DNA of 63,816 nt, filler included, from Deltaproteobacteria bacterium (GTDB lineage: Bacteria; JAEEML01), in NCBI GenBank assembly GCA_016283195.1. It is 8 parts of 8 records of this genome, joined end to end, with 100 filler letters (N's around TTAATTAATTAA, not from the genome) between each part and the next. Parts side by side here need not be neighbours in the genome. Positions count along the whole stretch, not along the records: positions 15,555 to 31,790 come from JAEEML010000107.1; 7 more parts are not named here. One strand, given 5' to 3'. Under the pieces are notes generated by a model. That model had not been told where the DNA came from. It saw nothing but the letters and a program-made list of their open reading frames with translations, and ran no database searches. Both the position numbers and the translations under genes were made by a program. Below, piece by piece: positions 20,207-29,075 of this stretch. Positions within the stretch are counted from its first letter, which is position 1. Each line of letters starts with the position of its first letter.

Positions 20207-22147
20207 TTATAAGAAGTCGGCTTTAAACACAGCGAGATGGCCATCAAAAGCCGCATCGGCAGTACCGGCAATGGTCATCAGCTCATCACCGGAGAGGACA
20301 ATATAATTAATTGCACCTTCACCTTCTATCATCGCTTCAATGCCATCGGAGATGAGTGTGTCAACATCATATTCATCAATAAGCGCCGGTCCTTCAAAAG
20401 TGTGGTTTACACCATCGGAATCGGTAAAAGTCTCCCCGCGCAATTTAATACCGCGCACAAAGCCGGTAATCGGATCATCCACCGGAGTAGCAAAACCTCT
20501 GCCTTCTTCAATACCGTCAAAGAGGAGCTCTTCCACATAATCAGCCATGATGTCGGCTATTTTTTTGCCGCTGGCCTGAGCCACATTGGAAAGGCCGGCA
20601 TAATCGCTGTTATAAAGTTTTTGCAAGAAGGCAATACCACCTTCATCTTTAATATCGGCGGCTTTGCTCTCATCGTCAGAAGCGGAATAAGTGGCCCCGC
20701 CCAAAGATTCAAAGATATAGCGCAAGAAGAGATAAGCAGCGGCCCGGCCGGCCACATGCTGCTCCGCTGTGGAACCTGTACTGGGGTATGAAGCGCTAAA
20801 AGAAACATCATTAAACATATCAAGATATTTGGCAATAACAGAATAGTTACCGCTACCGTAACCGGTGAGGTCTTCGGCCAGGTGAGCAATACCTTCATCG
20901 AGCCAGAGGAGCTCTTTAGCCGCTGTTTTATTTTTGGCATATACGCGGCGGCCATAGCTTATAAGGTGCTGATACTCATGGGCCATGGTGCCGAGAATTT
21001 TTTCCACACTGGCTTCGCTTTCACAATCGCCAACGGCGCCGATGGAGCGCACCCAGAGGATATCCGCCTCATTGCCGGAAGCGCCTTCATATTCTTTGCC
21101 GGCTGAGCCAACCATTGAGCTATCCATATAATCTCTGTCATCAAAGAAACCAAGCACATTAAGTTTAGAATTACAGAGTTTGCTGGAGAGAACCACAGTC
21201 ATATAACCATTGCCATCACGGTCGAGCGGGCCTTCGTGTTTGTCGCCGGGGCCAAAGAACTTCAAATCGCGCGGCATAATAATTTTGGCAAAAACATCGC
21301 CGATTTGGTTTTTAATTATTTCGTAACTGTCGTTATCTTCTTCTTCGTAATCATCGGCATCCATAAAAATAGCCACGCCGTTTTCGTGGTACATAAGCAC
21401 TGCATCCAAATCAGTTTTGGCATCCTGCATCCAGAGATTAAATTTAGGATAATCATCATCACCAACGCAGGCACCCTTCACACAAACGCCGTCACATTTT
21501 TTCGGGTCACAGGTGCCGCCGTCTTTTTTCATGTGCCATTTTTGTTTACCGGCTCTTAAAGCTTTAACTGTGCGGCCAATACGGTTACTACGCGCAGTGT
21601 CGAAAGCCAAACGGGCTTGCCACTCCGGAGAGAGGTTGGAAGAAGCCAGTTTCTTTTGCAAGGCAGCCATGCCGCCTTCTTCTTCACTGTCGCTGTCGGT
21701 GTCGGCATCGGCATCGCTAATCGCGTCGGATGTAGCATCTTCCTCGGCTTCTTCTTCAAAAATGGACAAAGTGTAAGAAATACTGCCCAATTTGGCCTCA
21801 TCGCCCGTCGGCACGCTATAAACAGCTACTATTAAATCTTGGTTTTCATCAAAACCGAGATCGATTTTACCGAAAACGCGCTCTTCCTCGGCTTCGGCGG
21901 CCTGGCACAATTTGCCATCGGCACCGGGCACATCGCGGCAAACTTCGCCAACTTTGCAATCCCAGTCATGGCTACATTTAGTAGGCGTTGGCGGCAATGG
22001 GTCATCATCGCTCTTACCGTCAATGGGCTTAGCATCGGTTTTGCCGTCGTCGGGGTCAGTAGTAGAGCTACCACCGCCGCCGGTACAGGCTGTAAGCGGT
22101 GCTGCAACCAAAGCCATTGCCATTATCCACATATTTAGCTTTTTCAT
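20207..22147 (-). CDS. Zinc metallopeptidase lipoprotein (gluzincin, M30/hyicolysin-like)
   Basis: Lipobox LTAC; AHEYQHLI...WLDEGIAHLAE; Cys-rich linker modules. Confidence 0.8.
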   Translation of the reverse strand: MKKLNMWIMAMALVAAPLTACTGGGGSSTTDPDDGKTDAKPIDGKSDDDPLPPTPTKCSHDWDCKVGEVCRDVPGADGKLCQAAEAEEERVFGKIDLGFDENQDLIVAVYSVPTGDEAKLGSISYTLSIFEEEAEEDATSDAISDADADTDSDSEEEGGMAALQKKLASSNLSPEWQARLAFDTARSNRIGRTVKALRAGKQKWHMKKDGGTCDPKKCDGVCVKGACVGDDDYPKFNLWMQDAKTDLDAVLMYHENGVAIFMDADDYEEEDNDSYEIIKNQIGDVFAKIIMPRDLKFFGPGDKHEGPLDRDGNGYMTVVLSSKLCNSKLNVLGFFDDRDYMDSSMVGSAGKEYEGASGNEADILWVRSIGAVGDCESEASVEKILGTMAHEYQHLISYGRRVYAKNKTAAKELLWLDEGIAHLAEDLTGYGSGNYSVIAKYLDMFNDVSFSASYPSTGSTAEQHVAGRAAAYLFLRYIFESLGGATYSASDDESKAADIKDEGGIAFLQKLYNSDYAGLSNVAQASGKKIADIMADYVEELLFDGIEEGRGFATPVDDPITGFVRGIKLRGETFTDSDGVNHTFEGPALIDEYDVDTLISDGIEAMIEGEGAINYIVLSGDELMTIAGTADAAFDGHLAVFKADFL

Positions 22148-22370
22148 AATTACACTCCTTGGTAGTAATTAAAATTCTACCACACCACAGACCATGAAGT
22201 ATTTCACGATCTCCATTTAATTTCAACCTGAAAGATTGTGACATAAGTCATAGAGCGATTTAAAGCTTAAGATTAATTTAGCCTTGCAGAGTAAAGTTAG
22301 CCCTTGCAAATAAGTAGGCTATCTAGTACCATTCGCCGCGAGAGATTTCTCTCTCACGGAGGTATTCCAC

Positions 22371-23795
22371 ATGCCTACTATATATATAAGCCCACATTTC
22401 AAGCTGGCCAGCCAATTATCGTTTGCTTTTTTGCTTGCAGCCTGCGCCAGTAAAGATCCCGATAATTACGCTCTAACTTCTTCGAATGATTATCTTTATA
22501 CCAACGGCGAAGCACCCACTACCACTTATGAACTCCCTGTGCCTATCGTCCAGGAGCTCACACCAACCTACGTTGCCGCCGGCGATACTTTAACTGCTTA
22601 TGGTTCCGGTTTTGTGCCCAAGCGCTATGGTTATACCTCACTGCGTCTTTTAGGCAATTTCGTAAATAAGCAGGGCGCAAGCAAAAATATCGATTACACA
22701 GTAAAAGCCAATTATATCAACAGCGGCAAGGTTTCTTTTACCTTTGAGCCGGCCGAAGCAGGCTCTTTCGGCGAAGAAATGGGCTCTTTTGACGGCTATG
22801 TCTGGGCCATTAACCATGGCAACGACGGAGCCATGGCCGAACAGGAAGAAGAGCCGGCCAAATTTACTGTCGCCACCAAGCCGTCTATTGTTGTAAATTC
22901 CATCTACCCCATGAAAAAGTCCTGCAAAGATCCGCTTTTAAAGCGCAGCTTGGAAAATACGCCCATCGGCCTCGATGTTTCTCTCATCGGCCTGAAAAAT
23001 CCGGAAAATTTCAGCCCTATTACTGTCGATATTATTTATATGGATTTAGCTACAGCTAGCGAAGCCCCCTGCCCCATCAGTCAGCTTGATTTGCCGGGTT
23101 GCTCAGTTGGCGATTCATCCGTAGTTCATCGGGATCATAGAGAAATTAACAGCAGTTACGAAACGAGCTTTACTATTTCAGATATCGATTTCGGCCCATT
23201 GCCCGATGGCGTTTTGCAAAGCGACGGCATGATCAGCATCCGCGCCACCGACGGCGAAACCACCCTGCAACGCACTGTCACCGTTACCATGTACAACGAG
23301 CCTTTTATTGTAGAATACGACGGCTCGGTGGAAGTGGCTGAAATTTACGCTCCGGAAGCAGTTAGCGGCTGCGTTCCCGGCGGCGAATACGGTTCCAGCC
23401 TCTCGTACAACGAAGGCCACAGCGACAGCCGCTCACGTTCATGCAGCCTTAGCATCGGCCTCTCGGCTAAAATTCCTTATGTAGAAAAAATTTTGGGTTT
23501 AAGCTTCGGCATGAGTGTCAACGCCTCTGTCAGCTCCAGTGACAGTCACGGTTTAAGCATTAACCGCCATGTTCTCGCCAACCAATATGGCGTGGTTTAT
23601 CGCCAAACCCAGCGGCTTTTACGCCGTGGCGATATTGTGGAATATTCCGAATGCGGCGAAAAAAATGTCATCGGCGAGGCCCAGCTGACCGATTGGAGCT
23701 GGGCTCCGGATATCGCCATCACCCACAATGGCGTATGCCCCCCGCTGCCGCCCTCTAACCTGCCGCCGGCCAAATGCTATATTAACTGCGACTAA
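22371..23795 (+). CDS. Lipoprotein with IPT-like N-terminal region and Ser-rich, possibly aerolysin-like C-terminal domain
   Basis: Lipobox LAAC; P.V..LTP....AGD.LT.YGSGF; Ser-rich amphipathic hairpin near aa 340-400. Confidence 0.7.
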   Translation: MPTIYISPHFKLASQLSFAFLLAACASKDPDNYALTSSNDYLYTNGEAPTTTYELPVPIVQELTPTYVAAGDTLTAYGSGFVPKRYGYTSLRLLGNFVNKQGASKNIDYTVKANYINSGKVSFTFEPAEAGSFGEEMGSFDGYVWAINHGNDGAMAEQEEEPAKFTVATKPSIVVNSIYPMKKSCKDPLLKRSLENTPIGLDVSLIGLKNPENFSPITVDIIYMDLATASEAPCPISQLDLPGCSVGDSSVVHRDHREINSSYETSFTISDIDFGPLPDGVLQSDGMISIRATDGETTLQRTVTVTMYNEPFIVEYDGSVEVAEIYAPEAVSGCVPGGEYGSSLSYNEGHSDSRSRSCSLSIGLSAKIPYVEKILGLSFGMSVNASVSSSDSHGLSINRHVLANQYGVVYRQTQRLLRRGDIVEYSECGEKNVIGEAQLTDWSWAPDIAITHNGVCPPLPPSNLPPAKCYINCD

Positions 23796-23827
23796 GCGCG
23801 GCTAGGTCATGTAAGGCACAAAAAGCC

Positions 23828-24847
23828 ATGAAAGGAGCGCCAATGAGAGTTTTGACCATTCTTCCGCTGGCGGCCTTGTTTGTTTTGCTGGGTTCCTGCA
23901 GAATGCCGGAAGATCCTATGGGTGACCCAAATTATAAGCCCATGTTTACTGTGGAAAAGCCGAGCGATGATACCTCTCTTGAAGATATAGCCACCTTGGA
24001 GCCGCCGGAGCCGCCGCAACTGGCTAAATTGCCCGCAATTTATCTCTTTGATTCTCTGCCTGTTAGAGGCCAGGCCACACCCAATACCGATATTGTCGTT
24101 AAATCTTCCGCTATGGGGGCTGTAGCCGGCCGGGTGGGCAGTGACGGCACTTTTTGCGTTGATTTGCCTCTCGCTGCCAACACCACGCAGGAGATTTCGG
24201 CCAGAGTGCATAACGGCCTCTTTTCCGATTACGCCACAACAACCATCACCCAAGAAGGCGGCACCACAAATGATACGCCTGATACTCCGCGGCCCACTAT
24301 ATTTTACCGCAATGTCGCTCTGGGCAAAAATGTCTATAGTGATCCCTACCCCGAAGGCGATGGGCTTGTAAACGAGCTAACCGACGGTAACGAAAGCAAA
24401 ATGATCACTTTTAAAGAGGGCTCGCTCTCCGACAATTACATCTGGATTGATTTGGAAGAGGTTTACGAGATTTATAAGGTCGATCTTATTTTCAGCACTG
24501 CCGAAGAAGAATATCCCGATGAAATCACTGTCTTTACTTCCACTGCCAAAAATATCGACGATTATCCTTCAGAAGACAATTGGGGCGAAGAAGCGGAAGT
24601 CATGACTATTAAAACAAACAGTCAGAGCATAGTCAGCAACGGCGGCCTGGTTTCCAAATGGCTACCCACAAATCCGGAGGCCCGTTTTATTGGTTTCGCG
24701 CTCAATCACACAACAAATATACGCAGTAAATACAATGTTTTAAGCGAAATAAAGGTTACGGTGCTCAGCACAGAGGAAGAGGAGGAAGAGCAAACACCGA
24801 TAGAGGAGCTCACTACCCCCACCTGTGCTAACGGCCTGGTTATTTAA
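23828..24847 (+). CDS. Lipoprotein with Ig-like and discoidin (F5/8 type C)-like domains
   Basis: Lipobox LGSC; NVALGK.V.S...LTDG...IWIDL...ARFI...LSEI.V. Confidence 0.7.
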   Translation: MKGAPMRVLTILPLAALFVLLGSCRMPEDPMGDPNYKPMFTVEKPSDDTSLEDIATLEPPEPPQLAKLPAIYLFDSLPVRGQATPNTDIVVKSSAMGAVAGRVGSDGTFCVDLPLAANTTQEISARVHNGLFSDYATTTITQEGGTTNDTPDTPRPTIFYRNVALGKNVYSDPYPEGDGLVNELTDGNESKMITFKEGSLSDNYIWIDLEEVYEIYKVDLIFSTAEEEYPDEITVFTSTAKNIDDYPSEDNWGEEAEVMTIKTNSQSIVSNGGLVSKWLPTNPEARFIGFALNHTTNIRSKYNVLSEIKVTVLSTEEEEEEQTPIEELTTPTCANGLVI

Positions 24848-24859
24848 AAGGGCGTTTTT

Positions 24860-26113
24860 ATGAAGAAATATCTGTCTTCCATTACCTTATGCGCTCTTAT
24901 GGTTGCCTGCTCGCCGGATCCTATTGAGTTGGAGCCTGTCCCACGCCGTGACGATACCGCAAAAGATACGCCGGCAAATAACCACGACACAACCAGTGAT
25001 AACCACGATGCCGCCAGCGAAAAGCCCTGCAATTGGTGGCAAACTGGTTGTAACGAGCCACCACCAGACGACAAAATACTCAATAATAACAACGAGATTG
25101 ATCAAAATAGCGATAAGGATATTACCACTAAAACTACCCTCAGCGAGCTTATTATTGGTAATTGGTATGGCGAAGTAAATTGGAATATTTCCTCAAAAAG
25201 ATTGCTCTTTTTGTATTTCGATTTAGACGGAACTATGGATTTTATCATCAATCCCTACGGCCCGGCCCGCGAGGATTACACCGGCACTTGGTCAATAGAT
25301 GAGGATTTGGCCACTCTGACAATGCAAATTCCCGAGCTCGATAATTTACACAAAACGCTTTACTGGAATAATATAACCTTTACTTCGGCCAATGCTTTTA
25401 CTTTCACCGGTGGTTTTCAAGAAGGCGAAACTACTATGCAATATGGCCTTTCTGTGCCCAAAGAGGGCTTGGTGGCTGAGGTATATACCTTTTCCGAAGA
25501 TTATGAAGATGACATATTTTCCACTTCCGGCTTCTGGCCGCTAAGATACCTCCATTTTGACAGCATCTTATTATTGCTCCGGCAGGGCTCGCCCAAGATC
25601 GCTTGCAGCGACTGGACCTACGGCGCCACAAAACTTAATTTTGAATCCGGTGAATCATTCGGAGTGAACCAAATTGCCGGCTTTGACCGCTACGGCGGCT
25701 CACGTTGCAATGTAAAAGACCGCTTTATTGTTGACTTTTACGGCTCTATATCACTCCCGGCCGGCTTTTCAAAAATTCGCTTTAATACTAAGAAAAATGA
25801 GATAGATGAAGCTGCTATTCTTTTCATTGACGATGAATCAGGCAACACCGGCGTCCTGCGCGATATGACCGAAGCCAAAGCCGCTTTGTGTAATTCCGAC
25901 CGCTACTACATAGAATGTCTTACCGATGATTCCGAGCCGGTTTACGATATTGACGCCGGCACCACCGGCGGTTTTTTGCCTATAGAGATTATTTATGTCG
26001 AACTGGAAGATGATGTATTTATGAATGTTGAGCTCTCGATTCATAGCGATAACAGCTTTGCGCCCATTCCCAAAGAAATAATCTCTTACCCCAAATGGTG
26101 GGATGAGGAATAA
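24860..26113 (+). CDS. Acidic lipoprotein, possible PA14-like C-terminal domain
   Basis: Lipobox MVAC; GLVAEVY...LNF...DRF.VDFYGSI..P...G..PIEI.Y.E pattern. Confidence 0.6.
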   Translation: MKKYLSSITLCALMVACSPDPIELEPVPRRDDTAKDTPANNHDTTSDNHDAASEKPCNWWQTGCNEPPPDDKILNNNNEIDQNSDKDITTKTTLSELIIGNWYGEVNWNISSKRLLFLYFDLDGTMDFIINPYGPAREDYTGTWSIDEDLATLTMQIPELDNLHKTLYWNNITFTSANAFTFTGGFQEGETTMQYGLSVPKEGLVAEVYTFSEDYEDDIFSTSGFWPLRYLHFDSILLLLRQGSPKIACSDWTYGATKLNFESGESFGVNQIAGFDRYGGSRCNVKDRFIVDFYGSISLPAGFSKIRFNTKKNEIDEAAILFIDDESGNTGVLRDMTEAKAALCNSDRYYIECLTDDSEPVYDIDAGTTGGFLPIEIIYVELEDDVFMNVELSIHSDNSFAPIPKEIISYPKWWDEE

Positions 26114-26115
26114 AG

Positions 26116-26895
26116 GTGGCCACGAAAATCCGCGCTGACCTCTTAACCGTGAGTTTAGGGCTCGCCAAAAGCCGCAATGAGGCCCAAGCCATGATCATGG
26201 CCGGGGAAATTTTCAAAGTTATCAATGAGAGCGCAGGCGGCCTTTTGCGTATTGAAAAAGCCGGAGAAATGGTACCGGAAGACACAAAGCTAATTTCCAA
26301 AGGCAATTCCTGTCCTTATGTTTCCCGCGGCGGTTTAAAACTGGAAGCCGGCATAAAGGCCTCCGGCTTCGATTTAACGGGCGCTCGTATTCTCGATGTC
26401 GGTGCCTCCACCGGCGGCTTTACCCACTGCGCACTCCTTCATGGAGCTAAAGAAGTAGTGGCTCTCGATGTCGGCCATAGCCAGCTGCATGATTCCTTGC
26501 GCCACGATAGCCGCGTAGAGGTAATAGAACATTGTAATATTCGCTACTTAGAGCCTGGAGCCATTGCGCCGGTTGATGGCATTGTCATTGATGTCAGCTT
26601 TATCAGCCTCATCAAGGCACTGCCGCCTGCTCTGCCCTTTTTAAAAGAAAATGGCTGGGTTATCTGCCTCATTAAGCCCCAATTTGAAGCTGCGCGTAAC
26701 GAAATAGGCAAAGGCGGCGTAGTGCGCGATGACGCCATAAGAGAGGAAATTCTCCGGCGCACCATTGCGGCTCTTAATGAAAATGGGCTCCTAATAACAG
26801 GGCATATCGAGAGTCCGATAGAGGGACAAAAAAAAGGCAATATCGAATACCTGGCCTGGGGGCACAAAGTGCATACTGAGGTTTCTGCCAATTGA
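26116..26895 (+). CDS. tlyA: TlyA-family rRNA 2'-O-methyltransferase
   Basis: S4 domain, YVSRGGLKL, DVGASTGGFT, DVSFISL, LIKPQFE, GNIEYL. Confidence 0.95.
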   Translation: MATKIRADLLTVSLGLAKSRNEAQAMIMAGEIFKVINESAGGLLRIEKAGEMVPEDTKLISKGNSCPYVSRGGLKLEAGIKASGFDLTGARILDVGASTGGFTHCALLHGAKEVVALDVGHSQLHDSLRHDSRVEVIEHCNIRYLEPGAIAPVDGIVIDVSFISLIKALPPALPFLKENGWVICLIKPQFEAARNEIGKGGVVRDDAIREEILRRTIAALNENGLLITGHIESPIEGQKKGNIEYLAWGHKVHTEVSAN

Positions 26896-26919
26896 CAAGC
26901 CTAATAGGAGTGCTATAGT
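26892..26919 (+). promoter_or_regulatory. Sigma70-type promoter for the FliA/WhiG-like sigma gene
   Basis: TTGACA-N16-TATAGT with extended TG. Confidence 0.6.
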
Positions 26920-26952
26920 TCGCCTGCGGAAAATAGTCGAGAGAGGTTAGAA

Positions 26953-27660
26953 GTGGCCGCTAAGACATCCAACCAAGAAATCAAAAAGCTTTCTAAGTCT
27001 GAGTTGGTGTCGCAATATAGCCCACTGGTGCGTTCAATAGCCGCAAAGATAAAAAAGCGCCTGCCGCAATCCATTGAATTTGAAGAACTTGTTGCCTATG
27101 GAACACTTGGCCTTTTGGAGGCTGCCGACCGTTTTGACAGCAAACAGGAAACAGCCTTTGTCACTTTTGCTTATTACCGCATCCGCGGAGCTATTTATGA
27201 CGGGCTACGCAATATGGGCTGGCTGGGGCGCGGCGAATATGCCCGTTACAAATATGAAGCCGGGGCCAGTGAATACCTGGCGGCCGTGGAGCAGGATTTA
27301 GCCCCGGAGCTGGCCGGCATGAGCCCGGAAACCGCTGCCAACCGCTTAAATACCATTGTAAACAACCTGGCCACTATTTTTATCACCTCCATGGACGGGC
27401 TGGAAAACCTGCAAATAGCCGACAACAGCGAAAAAGCGCAGGATGAACAGCTTATAAGCGGTGAAACAACCACCTTGCTGAAAAAGGCTATCACCGCCCT
27501 TAACGAACAAGAGCGCCAAGTTATCGAGATGTATTATTATCAAGACAAGTCTTTGCAGGAAATCGGCGAAAGCCTGGGACTTTCCAAATCCTGGACCAGC
27601 CGCCTGCATGCGCGGATTATTGAAAAACTCTATAGAATTCTCGAACGCACTATGTTATAA
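26953..27660 (+). CDS. FliA/WhiG-family RNA polymerase sigma factor
   Basis: Y.PLV..IA, GLLEAA.RFD, FAYYRIRGAI.D.LR, LQEIG..LGLS.SW.SRLH. Confidence 0.9.
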   Translation: MAAKTSNQEIKKLSKSELVSQYSPLVRSIAAKIKKRLPQSIEFEELVAYGTLGLLEAADRFDSKQETAFVTFAYYRIRGAIYDGLRNMGWLGRGEYARYKYEAGASEYLAAVEQDLAPELAGMSPETAANRLNTIVNNLATIFITSMDGLENLQIADNSEKAQDEQLISGETTTLLKKAITALNEQERQVIEMYYYQDKSLQEIGESLGLSKSWTSRLHARIIEKLYRILERTML

Positions 27661-27759
27661 ATATTTTAGCCAATATGGCGGCTTTCTGGTATGTAGTCAG
27701 TGAATGTTTCCCAGATGCCAGAATTGGCTAGGGTTACTTAAATAATTTGGAGGTGCATT

Positions 27760-28269
27760 ATGAGCGCAACCGCAGGAATGGGACATGCTTCAGCTGAGTT
27801 ACTTCAAGAGATGCAGCGCGCCCAGCAATCCATGCAGCAAATGGAACAATCAACCCAAGCCCAAAATGTCGGCGGCGGAGCCAAGTTTGAAGCGGCCATG
27901 GCCAATCAAGCCAACGGTGTACAACAAACACAGCAAATCAGCCAAATGGAGCATGTGAATAAAGCTCCCGAAGCCTCCAATATTTTGATGCAAGCCAAAG
28001 TCGGCATGGCCGATCCCACTCTTGGTGTACAGCGGGTCAACGGCACACAAAAATCCGGTATGCAAAACATGGTCAAAAATTTGGTAGACGGCCAAAACAA
28101 GATGGAAAAAATCATGAATTTGGCTATGTCCGGCCGTCAATTCTCTCCCCAGGAAATGATTGTCATGCAAGCCGGCGTTATGCGCTATTCTCAAGAGATG
28201 GATCTCACCGGTAAGGTTATTGATAAAGCCACCTCCGGTATTAAGCAGACCATGAACACTCAAGTTTGA
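27760..28269 (+). CDS. T3SS inner-rod-like protein (SctI/HrpB2-like, myxobacterial type)
   Basis: Low-complexity Gln/Met N-terminus; C-terminus FSPQEMIVMQAGVMRYSQEMDLTGKVIDKATSGIKQTMNTQV matches the rod-family pattern. Confidence 0.7.
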   Translation: MSATAGMGHASAELLQEMQRAQQSMQQMEQSTQAQNVGGGAKFEAAMANQANGVQQTQQISQMEHVNKAPEASNILMQAKVGMADPTLGVQRVNGTQKSGMQNMVKNLVDGQNKMEKIMNLAMSGRQFSPQEMIVMQAGVMRYSQEMDLTGKVIDKATSGIKQTMNTQV

Positions 28270-28385
28270 TTTTTTCTCCTTAAAAGTGTCTAAACAAAAT
28301 AATTCCACATATTTTTGTGCAAAAAACATGACAAGCGGCCCTTCTTTTAATATGCTGGCCCAGGTTTTTATTTGAGGAACCAACC

Positions 28386-29066
28386 ATGTGGCTAGTACGC
28401 AATAAAGAGCTATTAAAACGCTTTCGCAATGGTGATCAAGAGGCTATGGCCAAGGTTTACCGCTATTATGAGCCGGGAGTAACGGCCTTTTTACGCAAAG
28501 GCTTTAGCTTCCGCAGCGGTTCTTCTTATTTCTTCTTCAAGGGCTCCCGCAATCAAAGTGAGCTCGAAAGCTTTGTGCAGGAAGTTTTCCGCCGCTCTTT
28601 TGAGGAAAAAGCCCGCGAATCTTACAATGGCACCACCTCTTTTTCTAATTGGATTTTAGCCATTGCCCGCAATATGGTTATTAACCAATTTCGCAATAAA
28701 GAGATTGCTTTCAGCCAGTTTTTTCAGCCTGATGCCGAAGATAATAACCGCACTCCGCTGGATGAAGAGTTGCCGGAAGAATACTCCGGCGTGCTATATG
28801 GCCAGCCCAGCAATAAGCAAGATCGCCACCTGGAGCAGGAAGAGCTCCATGAGCTTTTAGACACTTTTTTAAGCGATTTAAGCGAGGACGATCGCAATCT
28901 CATTATGCTGCGCTTTTCCGATGGCCTCGGCCAGGAAGAAACGGCCGCTGCTCTAGGCTCCACCCGCATGAAGGTGCGCACAGCCGAAAGCCGCCTGAAA
29001 AGCCGCTTAAAAGCTTATTTACGCCACACTGGCTATTTGAGTGAAAGCGAGCTTAAAAGCAAATAG
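28386..29066 (+). CDS. ECF-type sigma-70 factor
   Basis: GD..A...VY, VQEVF, F..W...IARN, region 4 HTH. Confidence 0.85.
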   Translation: MWLVRNKELLKRFRNGDQEAMAKVYRYYEPGVTAFLRKGFSFRSGSSYFFFKGSRNQSELESFVQEVFRRSFEEKARESYNGTTSFSNWILAIARNMVINQFRNKEIAFSQFFQPDAEDNNRTPLDEELPEEYSGVLYGQPSNKQDRHLEQEELHELLDTFLSDLSEDDRNLIMLRFSDGLGQEETAAALGSTRMKVRTAESRLKSRLKAYLRHTGYLSESELKSK

Positions 29067-29075
29067 CTTCTCTCC

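Noticed and set aside
27655-27759. Sigma28 promoter for the rod-like gene
   Set aside because: The TAAA...GCCAATAT spacing is about 7 nt rather than about 15.
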